DNA of 23,221 nucleotides from an uncultured archaeon (GTDB lineage: Archaea > Asgardarchaeota > Lokiarchaeia > Sigyniarchaeales > SOKP01), in contig CAYLZE010000082.1 of assembly GCA_964388035.1 (NCBI GenBank), positions 1 to 23,221 on the forward strand, in the 5' to 3' direction. Position 1 is the first letter of the stretch. The number at the start of each line of letters is the position of its first letter. The notes below the pieces were generated by a model that was given only the letters and a program-made list of their open reading frames with translations, did no database searches and was not told where the DNA came from. Below are positions 19,289-23,221 of the stretch, one piece after another. A program made the position numbers and the translations under genes.

Positions 19289-19879
19289 TTATTTTTTATC
19301 TTCCATTCTTATATAATATCCCTTATCAATCAGATTAAATGCTACTATCTCATCTTCTTTATCCTTTATTCCAGAGGGATCTTTTCCTAGTAATTTAGCA
19401 AGGGCTATTATTTCATATTTATCATTAAATACGAGCACGAGACCTTTTTTATTTGTATACCCTTTACTATCCTTGAGCATCGACTTCCTTATGGGATTTC
19501 CATATAAAATGGATTTTTCCCCCTTTTCATTAACTTGCATTTTGCTACTTTCATTAAAAATTCTATTTTGGTATAAGAACTCCGCTCCTTCTAAACTTAA
19601 GTAAAATTTGCTTTTTTTAATGAAACCAAAATAAATTCCCGAAGCTATTATCTTGTCCTTTTCGATTAAGCGATTCATGAATGGGCTCAATTTCTCATTT
19701 AATATAAAAATCTTAGGGTAAATGTTCTCAAATTCATGAAAATTGAAGGAAACGTAGAGAGTGTATCCCTGTTTAGAAAGTGAGGTAATCACATCGTTGT
19801 TGATCATTAAAGGAGAATCCTTGAGGATCTTTATTTCTATCTGATTTAGTAAGCGAAATTTATTAGAATTATTTTTCAT
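19289..19879 (-). CDS. NIP7-like PUA-domain ribosome biogenesis protein
   Basis: GIYFG...FYLSLEGA, GEKSILYGNPI, VLVFN...IALA, NLIDKGYYIR. Confidence 0.8.
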   Translation of the reverse strand: MKNNSNKFRLLNQIEIKILKDSPLMINNDVITSLSKQGYTLYVSFNFHEFENIYPKIFILNEKLSPFMNRLIEKDKIIASGIYFGFIKKSKFYLSLEGAEFLYQNRIFNESSKMQVNEKGEKSILYGNPIRKSMLKDSKGYTNKKGLVLVFNDKYEIIALAKLLGKDPSGIKDKEDEIVAFNLIDKGYYIRMEDKK

Positions 19880-19950
19880 TACACGCTAAAATAAAATAAA
19901 TGAATATTATATTGTAACTATAAAATAAAAAAATTTCTAAGAAATAAAAT

Positions 19951-20667
19951 ATGGGACTTAGAAAAATTGATGATGATATCGATTTTCGGGAAGCGATGAA
20001 AAAGAAGGGAGCAGAGCTAAAGATAAAAGAAATCTCTTCCAAGGCACGCGTGGAAAATATAACCAAGGAGAAATTAGCAGAATTGGCAAAAAAGCACGGT
20101 GTTCTTTTAGCTTTAACTCCCGAATTGAAGGAAGAAGTCAGGTATTTACAAGAAAAATACAACATTCCTTCCTCAAAAATTATCACGGAACAAATCACCG
20201 AAGAAGAGGTATTAGGACGGTTCTCGCGGATTGATGATGAAAAACTAGGAATGCTGGCGTATCAAAGAGTGTTAATCAGAAAGGAAGAAATTGGCGTGGG
20301 GTTGATACCCATCTCAGAAGTATATGATATGGTAAACACGGGTGAGTTAAAAGGAACATTGGACATTAAAGATGTGATTAAAGCGATGAATACCTTGAAA
20401 AAGAAGAGCGTCATTGAAGATGTAAAAAAATTAGATTCGGGAGTTATCATGGTGCAATTCTTTCCAATAGAATATACGGGTGATGAAGTAAAGGTAATTG
20501 AACTCGCAAAACAAAAAGGATTTCTTTCTTTAGAAGAGGTGTGCTCAGCATTAGAATGGTCTCAGGACAGGGCATTGCGAACCCTTGAATCTTTAGAACA
20601 AGGTGGATTAGCCAAATTCAGAGAGAATATAATTAAAGGAAAACAATGGTATTTTCCTTCCGTGTGA
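19951..20667 (+). CDS. ESCRT-II Vps22/Vps36-like (EAP30) tandem winged-helix protein
   Basis: GLIPISEV...DVIKAMNTL...QFFPIEYTGDEVKVIELA...GFLSLEEV...LEWSQDRALRTLESLEQGGLA...WYFP parallels eukaryotic Vps22 (GGLI...DD..RAI..L...QSVP.EL..D...VL.LA...L.W...RA...L..L...GL.W...YW.P). Confidence 0.85.
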   Translation: MGLRKIDDDIDFREAMKKKGAELKIKEISSKARVENITKEKLAELAKKHGVLLALTPELKEEVRYLQEKYNIPSSKIITEQITEEEVLGRFSRIDDEKLGMLAYQRVLIRKEEIGVGLIPISEVYDMVNTGELKGTLDIKDVIKAMNTLKKKSVIEDVKKLDSGVIMVQFFPIEYTGDEVKVIELAKQKGFLSLEEVCSALEWSQDRALRTLESLEQGGLAKFRENIIKGKQWYFPSV

Positions 20668-20697
20668 TAGTATTTTAAAGGATCTAATAAATTCAAA

Positions 20698-21705
20698 TTA
20701 GATTTCTAATTTTAAAGCTGGTTGCCCATCGTCTAATTTTATAATGATTGCTTTTTTATCTTTCGATAGCATTTTAAATACTTCTTCAATATCCTCAACG
20801 GGAAGAGTGCTAAAGTCCTCGTTTGCCTCGCGAATTTCATAAATGAGGATGGGCTCCAATTTTCCTAATTCAATTGCCCAATCGTAAATTTCTTCTGCCC
20901 AAAGATCTAGAGTTTTCCAATAAATCCTTACTTTATCCTTCCCTTTCGTAAGCCATTTTGCCAGTTCTTGATCAATTAACTCATCTATAATCTCTTCAAT
21001 TGCAACTTTCCGATTTTGAAAATTGGAAAAAGGTTTTTCAATATACAACTGTCTCAAGTATAAAATGTGAAGAATAGCGTATCGAGAATAATCAAATAAT
21101 ACTTTTCCCCATTCTTCCTTCCATGATTGGTAATCAGTAGGATTCTTCTTTTTATTTGGAACGGAATACATGAATTCATATCGAGGTTCTTCCAACCAAG
21201 GATAATCCTTTTTTAATTTTTCATAGGGTGATAGTTCTTTTTCGATTAATCCCGTTTCTCCAATGATTTCTTCCTCTAGAACTTGTAACTGAGATTCTAC
21301 GTACTCCGAGCCTTTACCATAGATCTTAGGATCCTCAAGAGTTAACTGTCCACTCAGATATTGCTCGATATTTTTTAATCGCCCCTCAATTTTTTCATAG
21401 TTACCCTTACCTTGTTGCGTTAGCGTTTCTGTGGTTTCTTCTGCATTTTGTTGGGGGGGCTTTTCTACGTTTTCTACTGTGCTTTGTTGCGTTAGCGTTT
21501 CTGTGGGCTCTTTTATACTTTGTTCTGGTAGTAGTTTTTCCTTTTCAATTTGGGCTTCTTGAGAACTTAAATGTTCTATCTGTTCCTTTTGTCTCTTTAA
21601 TGCTTTCAAGCGGGCGAGTTCTTCCCGTAAGTGGGCAATCTCACTTTCCGTTTTTCTTTTTAGTTCTTGGGATACTTCTTTTACTTCCTTTTTTTCCTTT
21701 TCCAT
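20698..21705 (-). CDS. vps25: ESCRT-II Vps25-like protein with about 165-aa N-terminal charged/coiled-coil extension
   Basis: C-terminal half: YPW...WKEEWGKVLFDY...PFSN...IYWKTLDLWAEEIYDWA...IYEI, matching Vps25 (W...I..YC...IxWR...EW...IYxW). Lies 27 bp downstream of vps4 on the same strand. Confidence 0.82.
   Translation of the reverse strand: MEKEKKEVKEVSQELKRKTESEIAHLREELARLKALKRQKEQIEHLSSQEAQIEKEKLLPEQSIKEPTETLTQQSTVENVEKPPQQNAEETTETLTQQGKGNYEKIEGRLKNIEQYLSGQLTLEDPKIYGKGSEYVESQLQVLEEEIIGETGLIEKELSPYEKLKKDYPWLEEPRYEFMYSVPNKKKNPTDYQSWKEEWGKVLFDYSRYAILHILYLRQLYIEKPFSNFQNRKVAIEEIIDELIDQELAKWLTKGKDKVRIYWKTLDLWAEEIYDWAIELGKLEPILIYEIREANEDFSTLPVEDIEEVFKMLSKDKKAIIIKLDDGQPALKLEI
21412..21506. 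repeat. Perfect 23-bp direct repeat (ttgttgcgttagcgtttctgtgg) at 21412-21434 and 21484-21506
   Basis: Read directly; 72-bp period, in frame; encodes TETLTQQ twice. Confidence 0.9.
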
Positions 21706-21732
21706 GGTTTAGACCCATTCATTTAGATGGTG

Positions 21733-22956
21733 TTAGCTTTCCCCAAATTCTTCTGCCCAACGATCATATTCCTCTAAATCCTTACTACTAATAGCTGGCT
21801 TCATCTTTTTCATAGTTTCAATAAAATCGTCAAGTGCCAGATCTCTTACATGAACCTCTTCATCTGAATTCTCTAATAGACCTCCCATATCTAATTCACG
21901 AACGGGAATCATGATTACTTCTTGGCACAAACTGGCAATATCTCTTCCAGAATATCCTTCGGTTCTCACGGCCAATTCAATAAGATCATCATCCGTCAAG
22001 GACATGTTCACCCCTGCCGTGTGTATCTTAAATATAGCGGCTCGTGCGGGCATGTCAGGTAGTGGAACAAAAACTTTTTTCTGAAACCTGCTGAGCATTG
22101 CATTATCAAGATCCCAGGGGCGATTGGTTGCTCCCAGAGTTAATAATACCTTCTTTCCCGATGATTTCAATCCTTGAATTTCCGTGAGTAATTGGGTCTT
22201 TACCCTCCTTTCTCCACTACTTTCAGAACCGCTCCCCCGTTTAGTAGCAACGGAATCTATTTCATCGATGAATATCAAGCTGGGGGCTTTTATCCTGGCT
22301 ACTTTGAATAAGGCACTGATTAATTTCTCGCTTTCTCCTAACCACTTACTCAACAAATCCGCGGAAGATACGCTGAAAAAAGTGGCTTGGCATTCCGTAG
22401 CGGCAGCTTTTGCCAAGAGCGTTTTTCCACATCCAGGTGGTCCGAATAAAAGAATTCCGGACCAAGGTTTTCTAGCTCCCGTGAATAATTCCGGTCGGGC
22501 AATGGGCAATACTACGGCTTCTCTTAAATTTTGCTTTACATTTTCCAATCCCGCAATATCCATCCATCGCACATCGGGAGAATCGGTGACAATGGTACCG
22601 GTAATCATGTTAATCATTTCCATCTCTTCTTCGCTATATTCTCCATCCCCATCGTCTGCGGTTAATTTATCATCCTCGGTTTTCCCTTCCCTTGAAGAAT
22701 GCTTAGTGATTCTTGCACTGGGACCGCTTAATTTTGATTTTATCTGCTTTGCCCGCTCTAAATATTCTTTAATACTCGCTTCACACCGTTTTCGCATGAT
22801 GGGATTCTTGTTATATTTCGTGAATTCGATCAGGATTTCTGCGGCGCGGAAATATTTATTCATGGCTTCTTGATAATGCCCTTGAGCATCTAGGGCAACC
22901 GCCGCATTGGCTTCCTGTTTTGCATACACGAGCAATCTTGAATCTGAGCTACTCAT
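21733..22956 (-). CDS. vps4: Vps4/CdvC-like AAA+ ATPase with N-terminal MIT domain
   Basis: MIT (A...D..G.YQEA...Y..A.E...EYLERA), PDVRWMDIAGL, Walker A GPPGCGKT, pore loop SKWLGESE, Walker B IFIDEIDS, GATNRPW, TEGYSG, C-terminal helix YDRWAEEFG. Confidence 0.95.
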   Translation of the reverse strand: MSSSDSRLLVYAKQEANAAVALDAQGHYQEAMNKYFRAAEILIEFTKYNKNPIMRKRCEASIKEYLERAKQIKSKLSGPSARITKHSSREGKTEDDKLTADDGDGEYSEEEMEMINMITGTIVTDSPDVRWMDIAGLENVKQNLREAVVLPIARPELFTGARKPWSGILLFGPPGCGKTLLAKAAATECQATFFSVSSADLLSKWLGESEKLISALFKVARIKAPSLIFIDEIDSVATKRGSGSESSGERRVKTQLLTEIQGLKSSGKKVLLTLGATNRPWDLDNAMLSRFQKKVFVPLPDMPARAAIFKIHTAGVNMSLTDDDLIELAVRTEGYSGRDIASLCQEVIMIPVRELDMGGLLENSDEEVHVRDLALDDFIETMKKMKPAISSKDLEEYDRWAEEFGES

Positions 22957-23221
22957 TTTCCTAACGTAATACCTTAAATTATTAGCATTCTTTAAATTAT
23001 TTTAAATAAGAAAATCTTACTATTTATACCTAATTTTTTGAAGTAGTAATGAATTCTGTATATTTTTAATAAGGACAAAGAATATTTCAAATTTTTCTTT
23101 TCCTTTATTTGAAATGATAACATGAAAATCGGTCCATGCAAATTTAAATACCCGATTTTCATTCTTTACTATAAATTTTTAACTCTAAATTTCCTTATAT
23201 TTTTTAAGAAAATATCAAAAA

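Noticed and set aside
622-22873. Many short opposite-strand or overlapping ORFs (e.g. 622-804, 1463-1714, 1800-2012, 3005-3193, 4640-4912, 5851-6279, 7332-7852, 10533-10874, 11303-11512, 14217-14438, 17847-18358, 19869-20450, 21600-21791, 22184-22873)
   Set aside because: They are shadows of well-supported genes and have no recognisable motifs.

Overview
AT-rich archaeal chromosome segment, most likely from an Asgard archaeon (Lokiarchaeia-like). This is inferred from ESCRT-II and Vps4 homologues sitting beside archaeal housekeeping genes. The left end holds the 5' part of an archaeal-type PEP carboxylase (ppcA, missing from the ORF track) and three co-oriented Cys-rich/Fe-S genes (DUF3795-like, radical SAM/SPASM, DUF1848-like) divergent from mtnA. 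The middle holds a Dus, a stand-alone GH20-domain-2-like protein, a glucan phosphorylase, an MBL hydrolase, an MIT+TPR protein, a small Cys/His protein, an NDP-sugar pyrophosphorylase, an MFS transporter, a CYTH enzyme and Nop2/Nip7-like genes separated by a secreted glycoprotein. The right end is an ESCRT locus (Vps22/36-like, Vps25-like with a long N-terminal extension, Vps4). The best lead is a second MIT domain, alignable by eye with the Vps4 MIT, fused to about 15 TPRs roughly 10 kb from Vps4: a candidate Asgard ESCRT adaptor/scaffold. No CRISPR array, rRNA, tRNA or transposase was recognised. All family calls come from motif recognition, not database searches.
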